The position numbers and the translations under genes were made by a program. The notes under the pieces are model-generated. The model was not told the DNA's origin, made no database searches, and saw only the letters and a program-made list of their open reading frames with translations. Below, in pieces: positions 1-12,715 of a stretch of 64,000 nucleotides of DNA (positions within the stretch are counted from its first letter, which is position 1; every line of letters begins with the position of its first letter). The DNA is from the human T2T-CHM13v2.0 reference genome, Homo sapiens: assembly GCF_009914755.1 (NCBI RefSeq), contig NC_060935.1, one strand, 5' to 3'.

Positions 1-857
1 AATATCTCAAGATCCTTTTTTTAAGATCTCAGAAAAAATGAAGATGGTGCCCCAAAGGCCCCCTCAGCTAGATGTAGGGCTTTTAAAATCCTAAAGGTAC
101 TGTTTCATAATATTCTGCCATAGCAGTTACTTAATCCAACATAGAAAGAGACCTGTCTTACAGAGATACGTGGGTATGGCTTTTGTCTCATGCTATAAAT
201 TATAATTTGAATTACAAGAAAACCCACAAAGTTTTAAAAAGAACTTACATAATTTTGAACTGAAAAGGAAAGAAGAGAAGCCATTTGAAATAGAAGAAAA
301 AAAAAGCAAACCAAAAGGTCTTTGGGCCCCTAAATTCTGACGGGAGGGAGCAAACCAAGAAAACAAACATGAATTTTTTATTAAAAAAGGAAGAATGACT
401 CAGAAGCTGGAGCCAAAAGCTCTGAGGGTAGAACTAAGAGGGGAAAACCACTTCCAGGGAACAGAAATGGGCATTTATCAGGAGCTGGCAACAGGTGCCT
501 GGTGAAAATCTGGAGTTCAGATTTGTTATGAAGGAGTGACTGCTGTGTGCTTGCTGGTTTTCCATTCTCTTTTTAAATGGAAGTGTCTACTGTGGTCCTT
601 TCACTGCAGTCTCATCACTGTATGTTGGTGGTGGATGAAAAGTGGGGAGAGAACATCTCTTTAGTTCACATGTCTTCAGCCTGAGAGAAGTCATACTCAG
701 AGAGCCTTATCAACACCTGGACCTAATTTAAAAGACAAGGTCCTAAAATCCAACCCTTAGCCTGATGCTATATCAGAATGAGATCTGAGAATGGGACATG
801 GTGGGTGCATTTTACATGTGGGAATGACATGACTCATTGGGGGCCATGTGGCAAACT
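1..857 (+). mobile_element. MLT1-type MaLR internal sequence (3' part)
   Basis: Degenerate MLT1-int motifs (gtgggtatggcttttg...gaaaacccacaaagtttt; 3' end tgcattttacatgtgggaatgacatgactcattgggggcc) leading into an LTR start. Confidence 0.7.
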
Positions 858-920
858 GGTAGCCATCCAAAGATGGCTCCCCAGTGAATACTTCCTGATG
901 TTTACGCTCTTGTACAGTAA
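858..920 (+). mobile_element. MLT1 LTR 5' fragment
   Basis: tggtagccatccaaagatggctccccagtga...ctcttgtacagt resembles an MLT1 LTR start and directly follows MLT1-int. Confidence 0.55.
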
Positions 921-1247
921 TTTTCAGGATCTCTTTCTCTGATTATCCTTTACTTAGCATCGTGTTCTTGGTTTATGGATGCAATAATCTTCTTAATCTG
1001 TCTAGAGATACTAATTTGAGTTACTCTCATATAAAGTGATGCTCCCTCTCACACCCTGAATTAGCTCTTATTCCATTTGGAATCATTTTCTTCTATATGT
1101 GTGTGTATTTTTTTTCATGTTGCAACCTTTCCTCAAATAATAGTTGATGTTAGGTTGCCCATATATACTTAAGGATTAGATACTAAAACTGACTGAAACA
1201 ATGGATGGAGCTTGTCAGTTAGCAAGGCTTCATTTTCAGATCATCAT

Positions 1248-1646
1248 TTGTTCCTGCCACAAAGCCTTGTACTGGTTGCTCCTCCTACCTGGGAATTGCT
1301 TGAGAGGATATTTGCACAGCTAATTTCTTTGGGTCATTTTAGTATCATTTGAAATATCCCATATTCAGCAATGCCTTGTCTGACAAAAGTATTAGTATTT
1401 AATGTTACCTACTACTAACACCTCCCCTCAACCAGGTACATGCTCTCTCTACATTATATTTTCTGAAGACTGATTACTATTTTAAATGGTCCTTTTGGTT
1501 GACTTGTTTGGCTGTCTTTTGTACTAGAAAGTAAAACTGTGAGGGCAAAGGTCTCATCAGCTTTGTTCGCCACAATGTCCCAACACCTAGAACAAGGCAC
1601 TGGATGTTGCATGTTCTTAATAAAAATTCATTGAATCGGTGATTGA
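1248..1646 (+). mobile_element. L2 LINE 3' fragment
   Basis: actagaaagtaaaactgtgagggcaaagg...ctttgttcgccacaatgtcccaacacctagaacaaggc...aataaaaattcattgaat is the typical L2 3' terminus. Confidence 0.75.
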
Positions 1647-1914
1647 GACCCAGGCAGCCGCCTTGTTCTGGAAGTCTCGCACACGTATCTTAACTCCCAT
1701 TGTCCAGTAAACCCTCTCAGTGCTCTAACGAAACTTTAGGAAACTGACTTTGAAAAGTCTCAATAAAAACAGTTAAAGTCCACTATGAAACTCTCTCCTT
1801 ATGGAATTACTACTAAATCACACAAATCCAGGCCAAGGAGACTATTTTCAGCAGCGTTTTTATAAGAAAGATCATCTCATACACCAATTGTCCTTTTCCT
1901 ATAGAGCAGAATGA

Positions 1915-2120
1915 GGCATGGAAAAAAGAACACTAGAATTAGGTCAGAACACCCGGGTTTGAGTCTGGGTTCTGTCACTTATTAGTTGTATGATCTTATT
2001 CAGGTAGCTTAAAATCTCTGAGCCAATATCTTTATATGTAATTTGAGGATAATACACAGTTGAGGTTCTGTATGAAAATATCCACATAGTGCATGTCATG
2101 AGTAGTGATTTAATGAATAA
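1915..2120 (+). mobile_element. MIR SINE
   Basis: gggtttgagtctgggttctgtcacttattagttgtatgatctt...ctctgagcc...tgtaatttgaggataata matches the MIR core. Confidence 0.75.
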
Positions 2121-2292
2121 TCCTTTTCTTCCTATACTGTACTTTACAATTAGGAAGCATTTCTCCTGTCTAAAGTCCTCTGTTCTGTGTTCCTAAATCT
2201 GTCTATTCTTTGTTCTCTATTGTGAATGTGCTAACAGAAACTACCCACCAGATATGGTGATTCTAAAGTTTTACTTTAATTCTCAAACCAAG

Positions 2293-2486
2293 CAGGGAGT
2301 GGGAAAAGCTGCCTGCTTTGTAAAGAAAATCTGAAATACAGCCATGTTCATTCTTTTACATACTATCCAGCTTACAGCTGCTTTCATGTTATAACATCAG
2401 AGTTGAGTAGCTGCAATGGAGACTGGATCTGCAAAGATCAATATATTTAGTTCTTGCCCTTTAGAGAAAAAATGTGTTGAGCCTTG
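2293..2486. mobile_element. MER58A-like hAT MITE
   Basis: cagccatgttcattc...gctgctttcatgttataacatcagagttgagtagctgcaa...tatttagttcttgccctttagagaaaaa. Confidence 0.75.
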
Positions 2487-2692
2487 CTTTAATCCATTGG
2501 CAAGCAAACTTTTAAGCAAATAAAATGTTTAAAACATAATTTTTAAAAGTAATTTTTGTATTACAAAAAGTTAAGGCAAAATGGGTAGAAGTCTTAGGTG
2601 ATTGACATGTTTTAAAATCCCATTAAAAAACAAATTCAGAAAAATCATAAAAGTTACTGTCCTCTAAGGGACGAAGCTTTTACTTTGTAGAA

Positions 2693-2900
2693 CAGTGGCT
2701 TCCAACTGGGGGAAATTTTGTCCCCCAGTGGATATTTGGAAATATTTGCAGACATTTCACTGTTGTCACAACTAGGGGTCAGGCAGCTACTGGCACCTAG
2801 CAGGTAGAGGCCATGGATTCTGCTAAATAGCCTGCAATGCACAAAGCCTCCCCCAACAATGAATTATTCAGCCTCAAATGTTAATAGTGCTGAAGGCGAG
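2693..2900 (+). mobile_element. MER20 hAT MITE
   Basis: cagtggcttccaactgggggaaattttgtccccc...gctactggcacctagcaggtagaggcc...aaatgttaatagtgctga. Confidence 0.85.
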
Positions 2901-3850
2901 ATGGAGGGACACGGTGTAAAACAAGCTGTGTACATAATTAAACAGCTCCTTTGGGATTTGTGATGGTATCTAGTGTGGCTTTCAAAACCTTTGACGTGCT
3001 GACCTGGCTCTCCAAGGAGAGTCCAAAACACTCAAGTAAGTCAGCCTTCTACTTATGACTGACTGACAAGTGTAAAAAGCATATGGCTGTTTTCCACAAT
3101 AATACAGATGTTTTTGTTGTCCCTACATTCCCTCTTCCCAGGGTACAAATAGTTACACCTTCCCAGGTTCCCCCATCTCTGCCTGCACCAGAGGCACTGA
3201 AACTGCATCAGGTCATTAGCCCCTAAATGCTGCCCCGTGGCTGAAAATGTCCAGATAATGTCCACGTGCTTCTGCCAGCCATTGCTAGCCAGCATTTCCC
3301 TAATCATCACCATTACAGGCTTATTTTAAATAAGGCTAAAATTTTTATTTCTTCTTCTAATCAGGCAGTAGAGGTATTTAGAAACAGTGAGCACTCTGTA
3401 TGAAAATTGGCTCCAGTGTCTGGTCCTCAAAATAGCATTCAGACACCTGAAAAATGCTTTTGGGAGAACAGAATAGTTATAATGAACATTTATTATATAT
3501 CATTTTCTCCCCACAGGAGAATAAATTGACAAATGGACAATTTAGTGTACCCTCAAAGATTTTGTCATTAAAAATGTTTTTATGCAAAGACCATGCTAAC
3601 AAAGATTCTCTGAACACATCATATGCACAGCATGTCCCAGTTCCCTTTCTTATGGGGCCTGTGGGTACATTTGTGTACGTCCACTTCAATATTGAGCTTG
3701 ACTCATTTTCAGACACAACATTCTATGGTAGTGATGTAAAATAATATCTACTCTGTGCCTCTTGTCTTCTTTAGTGTCACAAGTATTAATCAAATAGAAT
3801 GTTTGATAGCCAAAGTTATTTCAGTCCCTGTGGTTGATTCTATGCTCTTC

Positions 3851-4238
3851 TGTGATGGTTAATACTGAGTGTCAACTTGATTGGTTTGAAGGATGCAAAG
3901 TATTGATCCTGGGTGTGTCTGTGAGGGTGTTGCCAAAGGAGATTAACATTTGAGTCAGTGGACTGGGAAAGGCAGACCCACCCTTAATCTGGGTGGGCAC
4001 CATCTAATCAGCTGCCAGCATGGCCAGAATAATAAGCAGGCAGAAGAACACGAAAAGACTAGACTGGCCTAGCCTCCCAGCCCACATCTTTCTCCCATGT
4101 TGGATGCTTTCTGCCCTCGAACATCGGACTCCAACTTCTTCAGCTTTGGGACTCAGACTGGCTTTCTTCCTCCTCAGCTTGCAGATGGCCTATTGTGGGA
4201 CCTTGTGATCGCGTAAGTTAATACTCCTCATTAAACTC

Positions 4239-4285
<47 letters not shown>

Positions 4286-5276
4286 ACACACACACGTGTG
4301 TGTATATATGTGTGTGTGTATATATGTGTGTGTATATATGTATATATAGGATATATATGTGTATATACGATATATGTATGTATATATAGGATATATGTGT
4401 GTATATATGGGATATATATGTGTATATATGGGATATATTTGTGTATATATATGGGATATATATGTGTATATATAGGATATATATGTGTGTATATAGGGTA
4501 TATATATGTGTGTATATAGGATATATATATGTGTGTATATAGGACATATATGTGTGTATATATAGGATATATATATGTGTGTATATATAGGATATATGTG
4601 TGTATATATAGGATATATGTGTGTGTATATATAGGATATATATGTGTGTGTATATATATAGGATATATGTATGTGTGTATATATATAGGATATATATGTG
4701 TGTGTATATGTATAGGATATATATGTGTGTGTATGTGTATAGGATATATATGTGTGTGTATGTGTATAGGATATATATGTGTGTATATATAGGATATATA
4801 TATGTGTGTATATATAGGATATATATATGTGTGTATATATATAGGATATATATATGTGTGTATATATATAGGATATATATATGTGTGTGTATATATATAG
4901 GATATATATATGTGTGTGTATATATAGGATATATATGTGTGTGTATATATAGGATATATATGTGTGTGTATATATATAGGATATATATATGTGTGTGTAT
5001 ATATATAGGATATATATATGTGTGTGTATATATATAGGATATATATATGTGTGTGTATATATATAGGATATATATATGTGTGTGTATATATATAGGATAT
5101 ATATATGTGTGTGTATATATATAGGATATATATATGTGTGTGTATATATATAGGATATATATATGTGTGTGTATATATATTGGATGTATATATGTATGTG
5201 TGTATATATATAGGATGTATATATATATATATGTATATCCTATTAGTTCTGTCTCTAGAGAACCCTGAATAATACA
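3851..5276 (+). mobile_element. MLT2A-type (ERVL) solo LTR with expanded internal microsatellite
   Basis: Starts tgtgatggttaatactgagtgtcaacttgattgg and ends cctattagttctgtctctagagaaccctgaataataca (TG...CA). Confidence 0.9.
4241..5237. repeat. (TA)n plus ~25-29 bp minisatellite TAGGATATATATATGTGTGTGTATATATA
   Basis: Directly visible; roughly 30-35 variable units. It explains the long Y/I/H/T and V/Y/I/C ORFs. Confidence 0.97.
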
Positions 5277-5362
5277 TCCCCCATACCTCACTGCATGAAC
5301 AAACAGGAAAACATGGGTAGCCAATCACTTCTGGGCTATATAATGTTCTGGGGCTAGTCTAC

Positions 5363-5436
5363 TGTATTAGTCAAGGTTCTCCAGGCTAACAGAACGAGGC
5401 TATAGATAGATTAGATAGATATGGATATAGATATAG
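5363..5436 (-). mobile_element. MLT2 LTR 3'-end fragment
   Basis: tgtattagtcaaggttctccagg...acagaac followed by (gata)n is the reverse complement of an MLT2 terminus. Confidence 0.65.
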
Positions 5437-8400
5437 GCTTTTAAAAATTTCGGAGATTTTTATATTCTCTCTCCTTTGTTTCTTTTTCTTACTCAATTAG
5501 ATAGGGGATAATTATTGGCTAAGTTGATCAAAGAGATCTCAGAACCAAAGCCAAGATTTAATGTAAAAATTGGATCCTTAATTATAAATAACCAAGTAGT
5601 CAAACTTCTGGCTATGCCTACCTTTACATGTATAAATATTATACCCCGGAAGAAGAAAATGCTTACAACAATAGCCAGATTTTACTAAGGAAAATTTAAA
5701 ATTACAGCGGAACATTCCAGATCCACAATAGTATACTTTTAGAAGTGCATGTAAAAAAGAGAGCTCCTGAATTAGGTTAAACCAGGGATGTATATTGATA
5801 TGTGAAAGCTTCTTAAGAGATTTTAATATTTGTATTGCCTCTTTTAAAAACTCTTTACAAGAGGAAATTAAAAGCTTAAGTGACTAATTAATAACAAAAC
5901 TTGAATCTGCTCACCATTTGGCTTAGTTACTATTGTACGATAAAGGCCAAAGAAAGGTGGATAATGTATTTATGAAAGGGAGGCCCTCAGATAATACAGG
6001 CTTGCTTCTTTTTCAGAGCTATTCATGCTGAGTCCCTGCATAGGGAATGCTTTCTTTGCCCTACTAGTTAATGGAGTCTTTTCTGAACTCAATAGTTTTA
6101 GCTAACAAACAGTGGCTAAGTTAAAAATATCTATATCCAAAATATACCTTTCTGGTACTTAGCTGGCTATTTTGAAATCCTTTTTAAAAGAAATTTATAT
6201 CTATAAAGAAAATCTCCATTTGTAAAGATGTTTGCCTCTGCAACCTGGAGTGAGGAAGGACTGAGTCACTGGGAACCCTTACAATTGGTTTAAATTTACA
6301 AACAAATCTTACTTTTGTTTAAGGTGCATTTTCTGATCATCCTGTCTCAACTGGCCTTCACCTAAACCCTTCCTCCTTGGTTTGGGCAAATGATGATACA
6401 ACATTTATACCTGAAATCTCAGATTTATGCTTTTGAGATAAAAAATTTCTATCTTATTTCATCTAGCAGTCAACTGTTTAGATATAAAAATTTAGGATTG
6501 CTTAGCTAACAATTGCTTAGGGCAATGAAACAGGTAATTGACAAATTGATAGTATGAAGGAGAAAAGGAAAAAAACTATTTGGAAAGTGGCAAATAAAAA
6601 ATCTTTATGAAAGCTGTAAGATCTACTTCTGTTTGTGTATCTCTGTCTTTGTCTATGTGTTATGTGTATGTGATATCTCTAATATTTCACAATTAAAGCT
6701 AGCTTTAAAATTGGTGGTAAAATAAAATAGGAATGTCTTCAGAATTATTAGTATTAAATATAATTCAGACTTTTTGCCTAGGTCTACTCATCAGACAAAT
6801 TTATACCGTCTCTGCTAGATGTTTTAAGGTAATAACATTCCTACTTTCATAATTTTTTTGATACTTGCTTAGTTTGTCCTTAAGCCAAAGCTATAAGAGC
6901 TGGCTGCTGGGTTCCCCCAAAGCTTTGCACACACCTTACTGTGAGCTTGTGTCTTTGGTTTGGAGCTTCTGGATTCTGAGGTCTGGACAGGTGGCCATGA
7001 TGATGTCAGGAATATATGGGATTCATAGTGCTTGGGCCACCATTTGCAAAGCAAATGCAAGCTCAATATGGCCCCATCCTTTCTGACCTAGCTGCCTCCT
7101 GACCATGTTGAGAGGCATCAATTCCTCTGGGCATCGCCTGCACAACTCTGTCTTCTGTCCTGAGCTTTACATTTGGTGTGTAAATTTAGGGCCCAGACAG
7201 GCCATGTTCTTCATATCCTTCCTTGGGTGCCTCATGGGTACTTGAGAACCAGGACAACTGGGGAAGATATAAGGAAGAGTACTTGTGTAATAGTTTCAAA
7301 ACTATTTTTAGTAATTTAAAATCCTAAAATCATGTTATGTTAAGTAACATATTACCGTAAAGTGTATGAGGCATCTCTAAGTAAATTAAATTACTGAACC
7401 ATTAATTTTTAAATGTAAGTTTATATATGTTGGAATCTAATTTCTTATGGTATAGAAAAGCTAAATATATTTAGATCTAATAAACATAAAAAATGAGAAA
7501 ACATTTATAAAATTACATCTACAAATTTCAAATTGATGGAATAAAAAGAAATATAGGTAAAACTAGATTAATATATAAAGTTGGGAAAATAAAAAGAACA
7601 GATAAGAATTATGTTTATGGAAATCTCAATATGGTCAAAAGCTAACTGACATTGGATGAATTTGTTTATAAAATTTTATTAAAATTAGCTAATACAAATT
7701 TGGTTTTCTTTTTTGAACAAGATTTTCATGTAGTATTAATGCAAAACAGTAGAAGATTTTTGTTCACCTGTTGAGTAAACTGCAAAACAAGAACAACAAC
7801 AAACAAAAAACAAAAGAAAAACAGAGGAGAGAGAAGGAGAGACTAATTCCATCTCATGCTGTTGTTATTGGGTCTTTTAATTGTTTGGAAAACTGAGTCT
7901 CCACTCTGTAAAAGAGTAAAAATATTTGCTTTTAAAAAACTTTTTTAGTTATCATTTGGCTAAATAAATTATATTACTTTACATTGACCTGTGATTTGAT
8001 TTGGATTAAGTATTAACCTTTGATGTATTTAACAGACTTTCCAAAATCAAATTTTAACTCTAAAATTGTTTATTGACCTCAAACTAACTTTGAGATGTTC
8101 CCAAGGGCCCCTGAAGCATCCAAAAGACTGATAATTAACAGGTTTATTTGATGTGTTATGTTACATGGGAGGCATTGCAGTAAGAAATAATATTTAATTT
8201 TTAAGTTATATTTGTATAAATATAACTTAATATGTGTTTCAAAATTGTATGAGGTTTCTAAAACTCTGATATGTTTTGGTATATGTTATCGCACATAATT
8301 ATGGCTATTATTTTAAATCATTGAAGGCCACAGAAATTACTGAATTTTTCATCAATTGTGTCTATAGTCATGAAAATTTATCTTGTCCAAGTTAATTGCT

Positions 8401-11244
8401 TAATTCTGATGATTTTGCTACAAGCTGTTTGCAAGCAGTTGTAATTCTAAAGTATTCTTTCTTCAAGGAGATTCATAAACAGAATGAAAATAATACTGAC
8501 AAGCACTCCTGAATAAAAGTTTCTGATAACATTAGGATTGTATCATTTGGCCTGGGTAAGAATTCCCAGAAATCTAATGAAGAGACTGAATGGATTATAA
8601 ACCAGCTAGCCCATGCAGAACAATAAACAATTTAATACCAACAAAATACTTTGCCGCATTTTCATGCTAAATCAGCCAGTATTAAAATGCTAAGATATGC
8701 AATTTGAATGAACTCCAATCTCAGAGGTTCAATTTACCTCTGGTCACCCATTTAATAATCAGTGCTATGCACCTAAGCTAAAAAAACAAAATTGGTATTT
8801 AAGAGGATATAAGCTCAGTGTGGACTCATGGAGAGCCTGGATGGTCTCCTGGTTCTTCTGAGTCCTTAAAGCTTCCATTATTAAAAGCTCTGTATTCCAT
8901 GACTCATCGTGGAAGAGATAAAATGATCTAAATAAAATATGTATACACATGCCCATATATAGTGTGGTGACTGTTCTAACTTTCTGAAAGTTTATACCAA
9001 TGTTTGTTTTGTCAAATCTTTAATCCTGGGAAAGAGAACTTCTGGTTCATTTCTGCTATCTGATGGATCCCATGAACATTAATAGAGAGATTTCCTTCAA
9101 CTGCCATTTTCAATTCATGTTTTCTAGTTTTATAGAAATTCTCCCAATCAGGAAGGTCAATGATATAACAGTAGCTAAAATGTTGTTAGGAACTGTATTT
9201 CTTTCATGAGACTTATTTGAAAAATATCCATTGATAGAAGTACTTGTTTTACTAGACATGCTGTAAAACAATTAAATAAGGCATTACAGATACGATTGTA
9301 TTAGGCAAAACTAAATGAATTGAGGATTGCCTTGGTGAGAAGTCTTACAGATTTGTAGCAATTAGATCCACTTTCAGTGTAAAGCAGAAGTTGACCTCTT
9401 ATAAAATAGTCAGTGGAAGACTATTTATGTATCTTCTATGTATCTTCCCAAGTATCTTCCACTGCTAAACTCTGCTATGGCTAGATGTTGTGAGGCTTTA
9501 ATGCATTATGACAAAATGTATTTTCAGTAGGTAAAGGAAGCTTTTGATCATCTACGGACTGAGAGCAATCAAACCCTTCATGATCCAGAACTTAGAGATT
9601 GGATATTCTGAAAACCAAGAGAAAAACTGCCTTTTCCACACACCCTTCCACAAACCTTTGGGACTTCAAACCTTAGGTTTGTAATCTCAAAACTCAGAAG
9701 GGTTTCTCCAAACTCTTGGAATATGGCACACCCTTGGAAACCTTAAGAATCAAGAAAGCTTCTCCCCAGAAGCAGATGACATCCTAGATTTGGACAGTTT
9801 CCTCAAGATCACAAATCAATACTTCTCTGCCATCACAATACTTTTAGCTCTCTTAATTGTTTCCCTTGCTATGAACAATAGAACTGGAAAAGGGGGCTTG
9901 TGTTTACCCACTTCTTTTTGTGAAGGATTTTGCAGCCAATCTTATACATGGGCAGTCTTGTGCCTTGATGAATGAAAGATGAAAGTCCAATGTGGGTTAG
10001 AAATTTTAATGGTACCTTTGTTACTTCATAGTTAGAACATTGGTCAGCTCCTCTTAACCTACATCATAGGTTAAAGAGAACAGTGTCAGGAGGACTTGAG
10101 CTTTCTGGCTGGGCATCAGTTTTAGGTCACTTTTTCCATGGCTTGGAGTAAATGAGGCAATAATCAAAAATTTATCCCGCATAATAAGCTCTGTAGCAGG
10201 ATTCCACTGTGAGGTTATTGTTGCACAATAGAATTTCAAAAATTATCTCGCTAAAATTGTACTAGATTATAGAATTGCTCAAGATTACCTACTAGATGAC
10301 AAAGGAAAAATTTGTGCAGTTGCTGATATTTTTTGTTGCACACGGATGAATATATAATGCATTTTAAAGACTCAGTTGCAGGGGGTTAATGAAGAGGCTG
10401 CTTGGTTAAAGCAAGTAGACTCTTAATTTGGCTCATTCTTTGATTGATTTGATTTTAGTTGGCTTGGATCATGGGGACCCTGGCTAGGGAACATACTCCA
10501 AACTTTGGTATTATCCTCCTAATAATCATAATGGTAGTCTCCTTGGTGTGCTACATTCTTTCAAAAGTTTAAATGTTTACATGCAGCCACTAATACACTG
10601 TCAAATGGTCGCTCTTCAGCTGGAATGACAACTCAAAGAAATGCATAATCATAAGAACAACATTATCCACAAATGATATGCTGAGACCGAAAACCCAAAA
10701 TGATGGTAACTGGGAGTAGCATTAAAGCCCCAAGTTTTGGTCACTCTCACCTAACTGAGAACCTCATCAAAAGGGGGTAATTGTAAAACAAAATTAGGAG
10801 AGGCAATTGTTTTGGACTGAGCTTGTACACTACGCCACAAAAGACCAAAATAAAGTCACTCATGCTAAGTGCAATATAATCAAACTGAAACTTTAAGCAA
10901 ACAGATATAACCCTAAACAGACCAGCTTTTTTTTTTCTGCTAGAAACAGGAGATTCCAGCAAAATAAGAAAGTCTTGTGCTCTAACCCTTACAAAAAAGT
11001 AACCTGAAGTGACTTTATGTTAACCCATTAGGTTTTTTTCCTATTGTTCTGTTTCCTTGTTTGCAGCATACAAAACCCACTGATTTGTTATTTCCCAGAT
11101 AAGTGGGAACAGATAAGTGGGAATGAGTAGGAACAGATAAGTACCCCAGTAAGTCCATTTATAATGGTGACAGAGTGATGTCAATGCCTGAAGTTTGGTC
11201 AATCTCTTTGGTCAAAATTGAGAGGCTGACCAAAAGGGAGGAAT
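5437..11244 (+). mobile_element. ERV1 (MER4-group, MER57-int-like) internal region, 5' LTR missing
   Basis: Long AT-rich MER4-group internal sequence, integrase-like debris at about 9000-9750, an env remnant, and polypurine tract caaaagggaggaat abutting the LTR. Confidence 0.8.
10062..10570 (+). pseudogene. Degenerate retroviral env, TM subunit
   Basis: RLKR furin-like site at 10068-10079. From 10241 it reads NYLAKIVLDYRIAQDYLLDDKGKICAVADIFCC (immunosuppressive domain plus CX6CC), then WLGSWGPWL and a frameshifted hydrophobic anchor. Several stops. Confidence 0.85.
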
Positions 11245-11609
11245 TATTATATTAAGTTTAGCCTAAAGTTGCCTCCCTAAAGGTTTTTCCATACATAGTA
11301 AACTGTAGCATAACTGAATGTGTGAACAAACTGTAACCTACTCATGTAACAAGTAGCAGAGTCTCAGCCAATCACAGGCAGCCAACTGTTCAAACCATGT
11401 TCAAATAAAGCAAACACCCAGCTGTGACCAATTCAGTTGTTTCTGTACCTTGCTTTCATTTTCCTTCTCTGTCCATAAATGTTATCTGATCATGTGGTAG
11501 CCGGAGTCACTCTGAACCTATCCAGGTTCTGGAGGCTGCCTGATGTGTGAATCATTTTTTGCTCAATTAACTGTTAAATTTAGTTCATCTGAAAAGTTTT
11601 CTTTTAACA
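11245..11609 (+). mobile_element. MER57 LTR (3' LTR)
   Basis: attaagtttagcctaaagttgcctcc...cagccaatcacaggcagccaactgttcaaacc...ttttcttttaaca. Confidence 0.88.
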
Positions 11610-12715
11610 CTTAAAAATGCCAATTGGATCAAAGACTTAGTAGAAAAATATAATTTATTAAATGACTCTATTAGACCTAGAAAGTTTAACAGAACAATTC
11701 AATATAGGAAAGAAAATGGAAAAAAGCCTACCAATCTTTTAAAAATCACATATTTCTAGTGCTACTTAAACTGTACCAAAATTGAAAAAGAGACTAGTTT
11801 AATGAAAAGAATATAATATTGTTACTAAAGCTTGATAAAGATTATTTTAAAAAGAAAAACTACATACCACTTAATAGTTATAAAAGCATAACCATTATCC
11901 TATACAATTCAACTGCATATTCAAAAACACATTATAATCTACTGGGGTTCATTCCATGAATCCAGTTTCAATAAGTAGAAAATAGAATTCATTGTATAAG
12001 TAGGTCTGAAAAGAAAAAATCCGCTTATTTCCGTAGATACTTTAAAATCCTCTAACTTTTTATTTAATGGGGAACCATTAGAGGCATCCTAGTAAAGTGA
12101 AGAAATGACACAAGCATGATGACTTCTGCTACTATTTAGCAAGCTATTGGTAGCGTTATGAGATGTATTTAAGTAAATAAAATCAATAGTAAGATATCTA
12201 GAAACTCACAACCTAACAAAACTGACTCATGAAAAAGTAAAGTCTAAATAAAACTATACTACTAAGGAAATTGAATCAGTAATCAAAAAACCTCCCAACA
12301 AGGAAAAGTCCATAATCAGATGGCTTTACTGATGATTTCTACCAAACATTTTTAGAATTACCACCAATACTCTTTGAATTTTTCCAAAAAACTGAAGAGA
12401 ATACTTTTGACAAAGGTTATAAGTTGCCTCAAAGGGGGCAAGGCAGTCTTCAACTAACGGTGTTGGGGAAACTGGATATGAACATAGTTATAGAAAACCA
12501 TGGGCAAAGAACTAAAGGAAATCAGAAAAATAAACAGTAAGGATGTCAATAAGGAGATATAAATTATAAAAAAAGCATAATTTCTGTGCTTAAAAGTACA
12601 TTAACTAAAATGAAAAATTTGCTGCAGGAGTCAACAGTAGATTTGAACAGGCAGAAGAAAAATGTAAGTTAATTTGAAATTACCCAATCTGAGAAGCAGA
12701 AAGAAAAAGAATGAG
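11610..12715 (+). mobile_element. Mosaic of old L1M fragments (ORF2 and ORF1 pieces)
   Basis: aaggaaattgaatcagtaatcaaaaaacctcccaacaaggaaaagtcc...gatggctttactgatgatttctaccaaacattt (ORF2), then aacagtagatttgaacaggcagaagaaa (ORF1). Confidence 0.7.

Noticed and set aside
4218-5328. 368-aa and 348-aa minus-strand ORFs and overlapping plus-strand ORFs
   Set aside because: Translations of the TA/TG minisatellite, which lacks stops in these frames.
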